DNA of 64,000 nucleotides from positions 192,001 through 256,000 of the forward strand of contig JBMFRB010000002.1 of assembly GCA_049968255.1 (NCBI GenBank). Direction: 5' to 3'. A program made the translations under genes and the position numbers. The notes under the pieces were generated by a model. The model worked only from the letters and a program-made list of their open reading frames with translations, made no database searches and was not told the origin of the DNA. This DNA is from Candidatus Sumerlaeaceae bacterium. Lineage in GTDB: Bacteria; Sumerlaeota; Sumerlaeia; Sumerlaeales; Sumerlaeaceae. This document shows, piece by piece, positions 1 through 9,627 of this stretch; the first letter of the stretch is position 1; every line of letters begins with the position of its first letter.

Positions 1-1862
1 AATTCCTCCGGCGTCACAACCTCCACGAGCATGATTGGTTCAAGGAGTTCTGGAGCGCATTTGCGGGCTCCTTCTTTGAAGGCAATACTTCCTGCAAATT
101 CGAATGCAAGTTCGCTTGAATCCACGGGATGGAATGACCCGTCGTGGAGGGTAACCCTAATGTCGACCATGGGGTAACCAGCCAGCACACCGGTTTTCAT
201 CGCATTCACTACACCCTTTTCAACGGCGGGGATATATTCTTTGGGTATGATACCCCCTACGATTTCGTTGACAAATTCGAAACCTGAGCCCGGCGGCATT
301 GGTTCAATCCGCAAGACCACATGGCCGTACTGTCCCTTTCCACCGCTCTGGCGGATGTATTTGCCTTCGGCGCGGTCTATGGATTTTGTAATGGTCTCTC
401 GGTAAGCCACCTGCGGTTTGCCGACGTTAGCCTCCACGTTGAACTCGCGACGTAAGCGATCGACGATGATTTCAAGATGGAGCTCTCCCATCCCACTGAG
501 GATTGTTTGATTTGTCTCCTCGTCCATGCGCACGCGGAATGTGGGGTCTTCTTCCTGGAGGCGGGCGAGGGCCGAGCTCAGCTTGTCCTGATCTGCTTTG
601 GTTTTTGGCTCCACAGCGATGTGGATAACGGGTTCGGGGAACGTCATCGGCTCGAGAAGGATCGGATGGTCGGGATCGGCAAGCGTGTCACCCGTTTGTG
701 TGAATTTCAATCCCACTGCGGCAGCGATATCGCCAGTGCGTACCTCGTCAAGGGGTTCGCGATCATTTGCGTGCATGAGCAAAATGCGTCCGATGCGTTC
801 GGTTTTGTCCTTGGTGCAGTTGAGCACATACGATCCGCTTTTCATGACACCGCTATAGACGCGGAAGTAAGTGAGTTTGCCAACATGGGGGTCACTCATG
901 ATTTTGAAGGCCAAGGCGGCGAAAGGCTGATTGTCGTCGGGCAAACGCTCTTCGATTTCGCCCGTCTCAGGATTCTCGCCTTTCACGGGCGGGAGATCGA
1001 GCGGGGAGGGCAAGTAATCAACAATAGCGTCGAGCAAGGGTTGAACGCCCTTGTTTTTGAAGGAGGAACCACAGAGCACCGGGGTGATTTTTGCAGCAAG
1101 CACACTTCTGCGGAGGAGAGGTTTCAATTCTTCGGCAGAGAAGTCGTGATTATTTGCCATCAGATATGTGTCCATGAAGTTTTCGTCATACTCTGCAATG
1201 GCCTCTAGCATTTTGCCGTGCCATTCGGTAGCCTGTTCGCGGTACTCTTCTGGAATCTCTGTGACCTCAAACTGGCGACCCATTGACGGGTCTTCGCCAA
1301 GTGGCCACAGGTAGGCACACATGGTGACAAGGTCAACGACACCGCGGAAGTTCTCTTCCTCTCCGATGGGAATCTGTATGGGGACGGGGTGACATGCCAG
1401 GCGCTCCTTCATCATGTTCACCGTGCCGAAAAAATTAGCGCCTACTCGGTCCATTTTATTGATGAAAGCCAGACGCGGCACGCCGTATTTGTCCGCCTGA
1501 CGCCAAACGGTCTCACTTTGGGGTTCTACGCCCCCTACTGCACAAAACAACGCGATTGCTCCGTCGAGAACGCGGATTGAGCGTTCGACCTCGACTGTGA
1601 AGTCCACGTGTCCGGGTGTATCTATGATGTTGATTCGATGATTTTTCCACGTGCACTGAGTGGCAGCTGAAGTGATTGTGATACCGCGTTCTTTCTCCTG
1701 TTCCATCCAATCCATTTCGGCAGCGCCTTCGTGCACCTCGCCGATTTTGTAGGTGCGCCCAGTGTAAAAGAGGATGCGTTCGGTGGTCGTGGTTTTGCCT
1801 GCATCGATATGGGCCATAATGCCGATATTTCGCATTCGGCTCAGTGGTGTAGTTCTTGGCAC
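1..1862 (-). CDS. fusA: Elongation factor G (3' end runs off the window)
   Basis: Manual translation of the minus strand from GTG at 1862 (SD-like GAAGGGAAG upstream): [35 protein letters not shown]...[11 protein letters not shown]...[10 protein letters not shown]. Domain IV features near the window start ([20 protein letters not shown]) are in the same frame. Absent from the ORF track because no stop codon lies in the window. Confidence 0.97.
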   Translation of the reverse strand, partial: MPRTTPLSRMRNIGIMAHIDAGKTTTTERILFYTGRTYKIGEVHEGAAEMDWMEQEKERGITITSAATQCTWKNHRINIIDTPGHVDFTVEVERSIRVLDGAIALFCAVGGVEPQSETVWRQADKYGVPRLAFINKMDRVGANFFGTVNMMKERLACHPVPIQIPIGEEENFRGVVDLVTMCAYLWPLGEDPSMGRQFEVTEIPEEYREQATEWHGKMLEAIAEYDENFMDTYLMANNHDFSAEELKPLLRRSVLAAKITPVLCGSSFKNKGVQPLLDAIVDYLPSPLDLPPVKGENPETGEIEERLPDDNQPFAALAFKIMSDPHVGKLTYFRVYSGVMKSGSYVLNCTKDKTERIGRILLMHANDREPLDEVRTGDIAAAVGLKFTQTGDTLADPDHPILLEPMTFPEPVIHIAVEPKTKADQDKLSSALARLQEEDPTFRVRMDEETNQTILSGMGELHLEIIVDRLRREFNVEANVGKPQVAYRETITKSIDRAEGKYIRQSGGKGQYGHVVLRIEPMPPGSGFEFVNEIVGGIIPKEYIPAVEKGVVNAMKTGVLAGYPMVDIRVTLHDGSFHPVDSSELAFEFAGSIAFKEGARKCAPELLEPIMLVEVVTPEE

Positions 1863-2044
1863 AGCAGTAGCTTCCCTTCGATACGTATTTGGGTAATCAG
1901 AGCGAGAGAAACAGAACTCTCGGTTGAATGCTCGGTTCTAAGATCCGCTTTTTGTACAAGAGCACGGTGAGCTTATTTTATGACCAGGATGTGACATACT
2001 TTGCGGCAAAGACCTCTGCGCAAAAAGTAGCTTGTCGCTTTACT

Positions 2045-4054
2045 CTAATCTGTTGTACGGCCGAGGCGTCGCGTAATTTTGCCCAGTATGCTTTGGAATT
2101 CGGGAATATGTAACGTCACCGATGCTGCGCTATAAGTCAAAAGGCCAACAATGGTTCCCAGCATGAGCCGGATGAGTTCCTCAAGTTGCAGGGTCGCCAG
2201 CCAGGTGCGTCGTAAGGCCTCTGCACTTATCTCGAATCGCGCTGTAAGCTGGTCAACAGGTGCGTGGATAACAGCGACAAGGTAAGCGGGTTCTTCCAAG
2301 GCAGTGGGGGCTGGGTGGCCGTGTTTGTGAATTCTCACCAGGAGTTCTCCGCGGCGTCTGTCAGAATCGAGCACAACTCGAGAGAGGGCTAGTGATGCTG
2401 TTGTGCTTCCACGTGGAGCAAAAACCACGGCGACACGAGCTTTGCGGAAATCGATCGGGGGGGGCGGTGTGTCGTCGCGAGCGATCAATTTCCAGAATGC
2501 GCTCAGCTCCTCGGACGTGTGAAGGGTGAGGACCGCGCCGCCGTCGTAGCGTGCGCTTACATGGCCCGGAAATCGCTCGCCACTCTCGATGACAATGGCA
2601 GGGGAGACGTGCAACTTGCTAGCACCAGAGACGGCCAAAGCCATGATGCCTGCGGCAGCAATCATTTTCCACACAGACCATAAGCCGCCAAGATCACCAG
2701 CGACCGCAAAACGGCGATCGAGGATGAGGTAGGAGAGAAGCGTTGTGATCACATAGGTCACTGCGGCAGCGATCGGGACGCAAAGTATGCTTAGAGACTT
2801 ATAAAGCCCTACCATGAGAACGACCGAAAGCGCCACACCAAGAATGTTGATCCACATGGGAGTCCAAGTGTCTTGCTGCGCATAAAAGCCGCGGCTGGCG
2901 AGGATGACCAGCGAATAGGGAACAATAGACAGCGCATATACGGCCAGAAAACGGGCTGTGAATTGCGTGTTGGCGTAAGTGAACTGACCTCTTTCAAAAA
3001 GTACCCGAACAATTGGTACTGCCAGCGTCGAAAGCAGAACGACAACGGGGAGCAAGATAAAAATCGTCCATCGCGTCCCCATAACGACGGTAGCCAAGAA
3101 TTCGCGCTTTGCAGCCTTTGCGGCGTGTTCGGCTAGGACGGGGTAGAGCACCGTGGCGATCGAAACAGCGATGATGCCGTAAGGCATCATGATGAGCTGG
3201 AAGCAGAATGTGTAAGTTGTGAAGCCGCTTCCCACCGTGTAAAGGATATTGGATCGAACAATCGTTCCGATGAGATTTGCGAGGCCGACGCCAAGCACCG
3301 GTAACCCTAACGTGAATATTGAACTAAGTAGGGGATCGCGAAGGCTTAGTTGGGGGCGCGCAGGCCATCCGAGCGAGAGTAGCCACGGAATTTGGCAAAA
3401 CGCCATCGCAGCGATGCCCAACGTAGTTCCCACAGCAAGGCCAGTAATTCCGACAAGCCCAAGCCAATACAACAAGAGCGTCACGATGACGACAACGTTG
3501 TTGAGAATCGGTGCCGCAGCGGTGATCGCAAAAACACCCCGCGAATTGAGAATGGCCATGAACACCGCATTGAGGCCGTAAAAGAACATTTGCGGTGCGA
3601 AGAACCGAAAGAAATACGTTGCAAGCTCTCTACTCTGCTCGGCGTGGACGCCTTTGCCGAAACGTGTCAGGAGACCAACGATCGTCGGAGAAAAAAGCAC
3701 CGCCAACGCTGAGACAGCAGCAAGAACTAATCCGACATAGCCGAGCAGCAGATTTGCAACTCTCCAGGCTTGCGCCGAATCCTTGCCGTAGCGCTGTTGC
3801 GTTTCCACAAGCAGTGGAATAAGAATCGCGCTCAGCATGCCGCCAATGACAAATTCGTAAACAATGTTGGGAATCGTGTTGGCCAATTGATAGGCGTCAT
3901 CAAAACGACCGCTTCCTAAAACAGCGGCGAACACGGAGACGCGCAGCAGACCAGTAATTCGGCTGAGCAGAGTCAGAAGCGAAAATGCTAGGGTGTTTTT
4001 GGCCAGTTGACTCACGGCGTTTGTCAAGTCGGTCCTGCGCGAGCGCAACGTCAA
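2045..4054 (-). CDS. murJ: Lipid II flippase MurJ/MviN with a large soluble insertion before the last TM helix
   Basis: N-terminal LLSRITGLLR...DAYQLANTIPNIVYE, plus LFERGQF and RGFYAQQDTWTP, are typical MviN motifs; many TM segments. Start codon uncertain. Confidence 0.92.
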   Translation of the reverse strand: MTLRSRRTDLTNAVSQLAKNTLAFSLLTLLSRITGLLRVSVFAAVLGSGRFDDAYQLANTIPNIVYEFVIGGMLSAILIPLLVETQQRYGKDSAQAWRVANLLLGYVGLVLAAVSALAVLFSPTIVGLLTRFGKGVHAEQSRELATYFFRFFAPQMFFYGLNAVFMAILNSRGVFAITAAAPILNNVVVIVTLLLYWLGLVGITGLAVGTTLGIAAMAFCQIPWLLSLGWPARPQLSLRDPLLSSIFTLGLPVLGVGLANLIGTIVRSNILYTVGSGFTTYTFCFQLIMMPYGIIAVSIATVLYPVLAEHAAKAAKREFLATVVMGTRWTIFILLPVVVLLSTLAVPIVRVLFERGQFTYANTQFTARFLAVYALSIVPYSLVILASRGFYAQQDTWTPMWINILGVALSVVLMVGLYKSLSILCVPIAAAVTYVITTLLSYLILDRRFAVAGDLGGLWSVWKMIAAAGIMALAVSGASKLHVSPAIVIESGERFPGHVSARYDGGAVLTLHTSEELSAFWKLIARDDTPPPPIDFRKARVAVVFAPRGSTTASLALSRVVLDSDRRRGELLVRIHKHGHPAPTALEEPAYLVAVIHAPVDQLTARFEISAEALRRTWLATLQLEELIRLMLGTIVGLLTYSAASVTLHIPEFQSILGKITRRLGRTTD

Positions 4055-4177
4055 ACGTTTTCCATTCCTGTTCGACTAATTCCTAAGGGGGTGAGCGGAA
4101 AAACTGCGGAATTCGTTGCGTAAGAAGAGAGCCTTTTTGGTAAAGTTTTTTGCAGCGAGCTTTTTTCTGACAAAATC

Positions 4178-5422
4178 ATGAGAGGGAAGGCGATCGTGGG
4201 AAGCCGCGAGATTCGGATGCCCAAACTCAGTGAGTCTATGACTGAGGGCAAAGTCCTCCACTGGGGGGTCAAGAAAGGGGATTTTGTTTCGCCGGGCGAC
4301 GTTCTAGGCGAGGTTGAGACCGATAAAGCAAACATGGAAATCGAGGCGACGGAGCCTGGCTACATAGAAGAGATTCTTGTGCCGGTCGGAAGCGTTGTCC
4401 CTGTCGGCACGCCGCTTCTTCGCTATGCGGATAAGTTGGAGGATCTTCCGGCAGCAAGTTGCACTGAAGTTGTGCAGCTCACAGAGGATGGTGGGTCCCA
4501 ACAGATCGGCAGTTGTGGTATCTCTGGAGCAGAGAGGGGAGTGACTCCGTTCGGCACCAACAATGTCTCTCCCGTCGCGGAAGAACTGGCTCGCGAGCTT
4601 GGGGTAGACCTGGCCAGCGTCAGCGGTAGCGGCCCACAGGGGCGCATCATGAAGAATGACGTGCTTCGTGCAGCGCAGCTTCACCATAATGGCAGCCACG
4701 CTTTGCTTGGCTCTGCCCAACCTCAAGCATCAATCAGTTTGCAGGAGCTTGTTGGCGACGAGCCAGCGGAAGCACTCCAATCGCCGCGACAACAGAGCAA
4801 TGACCTGTCCGTGCCGCCTGCTCGTCTAGAATCTATAACTTTCTCCGGGCGGCTGCCGTTGACGCAACTGCGGGCACCCTTAGTGACAATCGTCGAGCAG
4901 ATGAAGTTAACACCTCGCCTGACGTGGAGAGACCTCATTCCAGTCCTTGTTGGGCGTGCTTATGCCCTAGCTCTCCATTGTCAGGCGATTAGCGCACCAG
5001 AGAGTTTTGCGGGGGATGCTATCGCCGGATCAGTTGCAGTGAGCGTAGGAACACCGAACCGCCGCCTCTATCCGTTGCTTCATTCAGTAGCTTCTGTTTC
5101 TCTTGCAACGCTTATTCGCGAATTTGCCGAATTGCGCGAACGTGCGTTGGCCGGACTCTTGCGGAGTGAGGAATGCCGCGGTGCACAACTTGTGGTCGAA
5201 TTCCTTGGCCAGGTTGGAGGGGAACTTGCAAGCACGCAACTAGCAGAAGGATCATCGCCTTTGGTTTGCATCGCGATGTCGTCATCCGGCCAACTTAGAT
5301 TATCACTCGCGGTGAGAACGCCGCTTTACCAACTCGCGGCATGGAGTAAAGTGCATACCATGGCTGCTGCAGCGCTTCGCCACCCACTTCTTTTGGCGGA
5401 TATCTTTGAACCCTGTGAATGA
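4178..5422 (+). CDS. 2-oxoacid dehydrogenase E2-like protein (lipoyl domain, E3-binding domain, degenerate acyltransferase domain)
   Basis: Lipoyl domain MPKLSESMTEG...VETDKANME; peripheral subunit-binding domain SPVAEELARELGVDLASVSGSGPQGRIMKNDV; C-terminal domain lacks the DHRxxDG motif. Confidence 0.85.
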   Translation: MRGKAIVGSREIRMPKLSESMTEGKVLHWGVKKGDFVSPGDVLGEVETDKANMEIEATEPGYIEEILVPVGSVVPVGTPLLRYADKLEDLPAASCTEVVQLTEDGGSQQIGSCGISGAERGVTPFGTNNVSPVAEELARELGVDLASVSGSGPQGRIMKNDVLRAAQLHHNGSHALLGSAQPQASISLQELVGDEPAEALQSPRQQSNDLSVPPARLESITFSGRLPLTQLRAPLVTIVEQMKLTPRLTWRDLIPVLVGRAYALALHCQAISAPESFAGDAIAGSVAVSVGTPNRRLYPLLHSVASVSLATLIREFAELRERALAGLLRSEECRGAQLVVEFLGQVGGELASTQLAEGSSPLVCIAMSSSGQLRLSLAVRTPLYQLAAWSKVHTMAAAALRHPLLLADIFEPCE

Positions 5423-5429
5423 AGGCCAA

Positions 5430-6200
5430 ATGAAAACATCGCCCCATTCGAATCTTACATATGTTTTCTCGGCTGCAAGCCGCGCAGTCGGAAAGACGAT
5501 TTTTTCAGATGCCAACGCAAGTGCGAGGTGGTTGGGACGCGTCGCTTACCTTCACGGGCTGGCGATCATGGAATCGCTGCTTTGTGAAAAGATGGCTAGC
5601 TTGCAAAAGGATTGGTTTCTCTATCTCGAACATGAACCAGTGATAACTTACGGCCGTACGACGCCGGCGCATCATTTGCCCCCAACCGAGGCAAATATTC
5701 CTCGCCTCGAAGTGTCACGTGGTGGCCTTGCGACCTACCACGGGCCAGGGCAACTTGTGGGGTATGTGATTTGCGATCTGCGGCGCCGAGCGCGTGGCGC
5801 TCCGCCGGACCTTCATGAATTTCTGCGCGCCTTGGAAGAAGGAATAGCGGCCTATCTCACCGAAGAGTGGCATTTATTCGCCGGTTCATTAGAGGGTAGG
5901 ACAGGAGTCTGGATAACGAATGCCACACCGCCAAGGAAGATCGTTTCTATTGGTATTGGCGTGAGACGGTGGATTACTTATCACGGGTTCGCTATCAATG
6001 TTTTCAACGACCTGCAGATTTTCTCCCAATTCGTTCCTTGTGGGCTGGAAGGAGTGACGATGACCTCTCTTGCTGCTGAATTGCAGGTTAAGCCAGATAC
6101 CAAAAAAACGCTGGATCTGAAAGCTGTCGCGACAGCTTTGCACCCATATGTCATCTCGTCTTTGCGCTTGCATGGTTGGTGCTGGGCAGAGGTCGTGTGA
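5430..6200 (+). CDS. lipB: Octanoyltransferase LipB
   Basis: LEHEPVITYG, RGGLATYHGPGQLVGY, KIVSIGIGVRRWITYHGFAIN and PCG motifs. ATG 5430 chosen over TTG 5406. Confidence 0.95.
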   Translation: MKTSPHSNLTYVFSAASRAVGKTIFSDANASARWLGRVAYLHGLAIMESLLCEKMASLQKDWFLYLEHEPVITYGRTTPAHHLPPTEANIPRLEVSRGGLATYHGPGQLVGYVICDLRRRARGAPPDLHEFLRALEEGIAAYLTEEWHLFAGSLEGRTGVWITNATPPRKIVSIGIGVRRWITYHGFAINVFNDLQIFSQFVPCGLEGVTMTSLAAELQVKPDTKKTLDLKAVATALHPYVISSLRLHGWCWAEVV

Positions 6201-7084
6201 TGAGCACCGAAACCTCAGTATCGCGTCGCCATCCGCAATGGATTCGCGCAAAAATGCCCGGAATGGGCGAGTTTGCTTACACACAGAAGGTGCTGCGCGA
6301 TTCAAATCTTCACACGGTCTGTGAAGAGGCGCAATGCCCCAACCGCAGCGAATGCTATGCACATCGCACGGCCACGTTTATGATTCTCGGAAACGTGTGC
6401 ACGCGGCGTTGTGCTTTCTGTGCAGTCCCGCAAGCCATCCCGCCTGCTCCTCCAGACCCGGAAGAGCCAGCTCGCCTGGCTGAAGCTGTGACTCGACTGA
6501 ATTTGCAGCATGTGGTGATTACGAGTGTGGACAGGGACGATCTTCCGGATCAGGGCGCAGAGCACTATGTGCGTTGTGTGGAAGCGGTTGCAGAACGACA
6601 ACCGTCCGCGCGGATCGAGCTTCTCATACCGGATTTTCGAGGCGACGGGAACGCCCTTCACATTGTGTTGAAAGCTCCCATCCATGTTCTGGGGCACAAT
6701 ATCGAAACAGTTCCTCGCCTCTATCCCGTTGCGCGGCGTGGGGCACGTTATGCGCGGTCGATCCTCCTGCTCAAGCGAGCGAAAGACATGCGTCCAGATG
6801 TGTTGACAAAAACCGGCCTCATGTTAGGGCTTGGCGAAGACGAAGATGAAGTCGAGCTTGTGCTGGCTGACCTGCGAGATGCTGACGTGGACATCGTCAC
6901 GCTGGGGCAATATCTGCAACCAACGCCCCTACAGCTGCCCGTAAGCCGCTATCTGTCGCCAAAAGAGTTTGAATATTGGCGTGAGAAGGCGCTGCACATG
7001 GGATTTCGATGGGTGGAAGCCGGTCCGCTCGTTCGTAGCTCCTACCATGCGTGGGCGCACGTTGAGCACGCTCAGGTAGGATGA
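6200..7084 (+). CDS. lipA: Lipoyl synthase LipA
   Basis: CEEAQCPNRSEC (CX4CX5C), CTRRCAFC (radical SAM CX3CX2C) and RSSY; TGATG overlap with the lipB stop. Confidence 0.97.
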   Translation: MSTETSVSRRHPQWIRAKMPGMGEFAYTQKVLRDSNLHTVCEEAQCPNRSECYAHRTATFMILGNVCTRRCAFCAVPQAIPPAPPDPEEPARLAEAVTRLNLQHVVITSVDRDDLPDQGAEHYVRCVEAVAERQPSARIELLIPDFRGDGNALHIVLKAPIHVLGHNIETVPRLYPVARRGARYARSILLLKRAKDMRPDVLTKTGLMLGLGEDEDEVELVLADLRDADVDIVTLGQYLQPTPLQLPVSRYLSPKEFEYWREKALHMGFRWVEAGPLVRSSYHAWAHVEHAQVG

Positions 7085-7216
7085 GTGCACACGAATGAAG
7101 ATCCGAAAGCTTGTCGCGAACTGCTGTAGGCGTTGCTTTCGAGGTGTCAGCTGCACCGGCAAGGATATGCGCGAAACCTTGATCTAGGGCCAAAGAGAAC
7201 GCACTGAGGATTTGCC

Positions 7217-9106
7217 ATGGTGCTTATCAAAGACCTTCTCTGGTTCGCAGTGCTTGTCCCAAGCATTTTCCTGCTTGGGCATCTGTTGGTGCGCCGACGA
7301 CTTGCCCGCTTTGTCGGTTCCACAACCTATCTTTGGCTAGCCACGTCAGCAGGCCTTCTTGCCACAAGCCTTTTCGTGTTTGCCCTTGGAATTCCGCACG
7401 TGTTTACGTCCCGAATCCTGTTTGTGGCGTTAGTGTGCCTCTGGATCGGAGCCACTTTACACGTCGAATTGAGGACAGCCGTTTTTGGTGAAATGCGCGA
7501 AAGTGTAAGGGCACTCAGCCAATTCCTGCAGGTCACCTGGCGGGAGTCCTGGTTTCTTACGACGATTCTCTTGGGCATTGTCGGTGCAGCGTTCCTTGGT
7601 TGCGGAACACCCGAAGTCCGCGGTGATCCAATTATCTATCATCTTACGGAAGCATGGCTTTATGTGCTTCATCGCGGGCACGTCGAAATCCCTTCATCTG
7701 CTCTCACGTATATTCCACAGAATCAGCAGTTGCTCTATGCTCTTGCATTGTCTGTCGGTTCCGACAGTCTGGCCAAGCTGTTTCACTGGATGCAGGGTGT
7801 GTTGCTTTTGGGTGGGACCGTCGCACTGGCGCGACGTGTTGGTGTATCGCGCCCCGGTAGCATCGCAGCTGCTACGTTATTGGTGGCTTGCCCCACGTGG
7901 TTTTACCTTGCGACGACGACTTACGTTGATCTGGCAGTAGCCAACTATCTGCTCTGCTGTGTCTATCTCTTGCTAGCTACACGGAACGTCCAGGAGAGCA
8001 CAGGCTCAATGCTCAGCGTTGCGGGCGCTTTTGTAGGAGGCGCACTGGGTTGCAAGTATACAGCGGGTCTCGTCGGTTTTCTCCCGGCGTTAGTTGCATG
8101 GCTCTTTTTCTCGCATCGCACATTGCGCCTTGTATGGAACAAAGTTCTGCGCGGAGCCATCGTGTTCACGGCGGCTTGCTTAGTGATTTTTTCGCCATGG
8201 CTCGTGCGCAACTGGTGGTGGACCGGCAATCCTGTCGCCCCTAGTTTTATGCGATGGCTCGGTCCAAAGGGCGTACCTGAGCGCACGTTATCCTGGCCGG
8301 ATATTCTTGCGGTTCCCGCTGAGCCAACACACTCGCCACTGCTTTTGCTGCGTGCTTACGTTGTGATGTTCTTATCTCTGGGGAAGTTCGGAAATTTACT
8401 TCCGTCGCTTGCTCTTGTTCTCGGAGTAGTGGGAACTCTCATTTCCGCAGCGCGGCTGCGCTTTTGGACTTTAGAAGTGCGTTTCCTACTCCTCTTCCTG
8501 ACACTCGCATTTCTCCTGGGAGTGCCCACAGCCACACTTCGCCAGGATTCCCGGTACATCATGGCTCATGTCGCAATCCTGGCGGTCCTCATTGTGTTCT
8601 GGTACGAACAGCTTGCCATCGCCGCGGCTCCGCACCCCCACCTTCTGAAACGTGTGGCTGCGTTAGTTGTCATTCTGTTGATTGTGAGTGGAATCGTTCA
8701 GACCTATTTTCGTTTCCAGGATCTTAACGAAACCATTGTGCCCATAGTTGACGAAAGCGCACGCGATGATTATTGTGCAAAAAGATTACCAAATTATTTA
8801 GCTAATAAACGGCTGACCCAATACTGTGGACGTCTAAATGGTCTCGTACTCGGCGCTGCTTATCCCGCCTCCGTCCCGTATGTGCTAGGTGTGGCGTCGC
8901 TCCGTCCGGAACTGGTTGAGCAGGACGTCAGTGCATTAGAAATCCGGCACCTTCCTGGTTTGTGGCGCGCAGGGGTGAGGTACCTCTTTGGGGTGGTTCG
9001 CCCAGAGTTAGTTCCATTTCTGGAACGTATCGGTGAAAGCGAGGGTGTTACGCTTTGGAAAATTACGCGGATACCAGAAAACTCTCAGGCAGGAGGGCGT
9101 ACATAA
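7217..9106 (+). CDS. Polytopic membrane glycosyltransferase, GT-C fold (ArnT/PMT/GT39-like)
   Basis: About 13 hydrophobic segments; DPIIYHL, YVDLA, GCKYTAG and PWLVRNWWWTGNPVAP motifs typical of GT-C family proteins. Confidence 0.7.
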   Translation: MVLIKDLLWFAVLVPSIFLLGHLLVRRRLARFVGSTTYLWLATSAGLLATSLFVFALGIPHVFTSRILFVALVCLWIGATLHVELRTAVFGEMRESVRALSQFLQVTWRESWFLTTILLGIVGAAFLGCGTPEVRGDPIIYHLTEAWLYVLHRGHVEIPSSALTYIPQNQQLLYALALSVGSDSLAKLFHWMQGVLLLGGTVALARRVGVSRPGSIAAATLLVACPTWFYLATTTYVDLAVANYLLCCVYLLLATRNVQESTGSMLSVAGAFVGGALGCKYTAGLVGFLPALVAWLFFSHRTLRLVWNKVLRGAIVFTAACLVIFSPWLVRNWWWTGNPVAPSFMRWLGPKGVPERTLSWPDILAVPAEPTHSPLLLLRAYVVMFLSLGKFGNLLPSLALVLGVVGTLISAARLRFWTLEVRFLLLFLTLAFLLGVPTATLRQDSRYIMAHVAILAVLIVFWYEQLAIAAAPHPHLLKRVAALVVILLIVSGIVQTYFRFQDLNETIVPIVDESARDDYCAKRLPNYLANKRLTQYCGRLNGLVLGAAYPASVPYVLGVASLRPELVEQDVSALEIRHLPGLWRAGVRYLFGVVRPELVPFLERIGESEGVTLWKITRIPENSQAGGRT

Positions 9107-9576
9107 AAATCGCGTTTGCCGTGAAGCTTTGTAATCTTATCGAGGACGCCGTTGATAAAACCGGGAGTTTCTTCATCGCAGTATTTCTTAGAGATTTCGA
9201 TGTATTCGTTTATGGTCACGCGCGGCGGGATATTGGGAAAAGACGCTATCTCAGCTGCCCCCAGCAATAAGAGCGCATGTTCCACTTTCCCGATTCGCTC
9301 AAGTTTCCAGTGTTCCAAAACTTGTTGGAGCTCTGCCTCGAGTTGTGGCTTTTTCTGCTCAACGGTCCTGATCAACTCTTTAGCAAAAGGGGGAAAACTC
9401 CGCCAACCCTGTGCCATCTCTGAGACCAGTAGCTCGATTTCCGCAAAGGGATATTTCGTGTGGATATGGGCAAAAACGACAATCATGGCTAAGCGCCGTG
9501 CGCGCCGGCGCTCTATTGTCCAGCGCCGCAACGCCTCACGTTTTGCTTCGTCTGAACCCGTGATTTCAAACGACAT
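9085..9576 (-). CDS. nusB: Transcription antitermination factor NusB
   Basis: RRRARRLA, WKLERIGKVEHALL, PPRVTINEYIEISKKY and FINGVLD motifs. Confidence 0.95.
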   Translation of the reverse strand: MSFEITGSDEAKREALRRWTIERRRARRLAMIVVFAHIHTKYPFAEIELLVSEMAQGWRSFPPFAKELIRTVEQKKPQLEAELQQVLEHWKLERIGKVEHALLLLGAAEIASFPNIPPRVTINEYIEISKKYCDEETPGFINGVLDKITKLHGKRDFYVRPPA

Positions 9577-9627
9577 ACGGTGACTGGTATTTGGAAGATA
9601 CAGTTTCTATTCGGTGCCTTCGGGGAG

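Noticed and set aside
477-1208. 243-aa plus-strand ORF
   Set aside because: Antisense shadow of fusA, which occupies 1-1862 on the minus strand.
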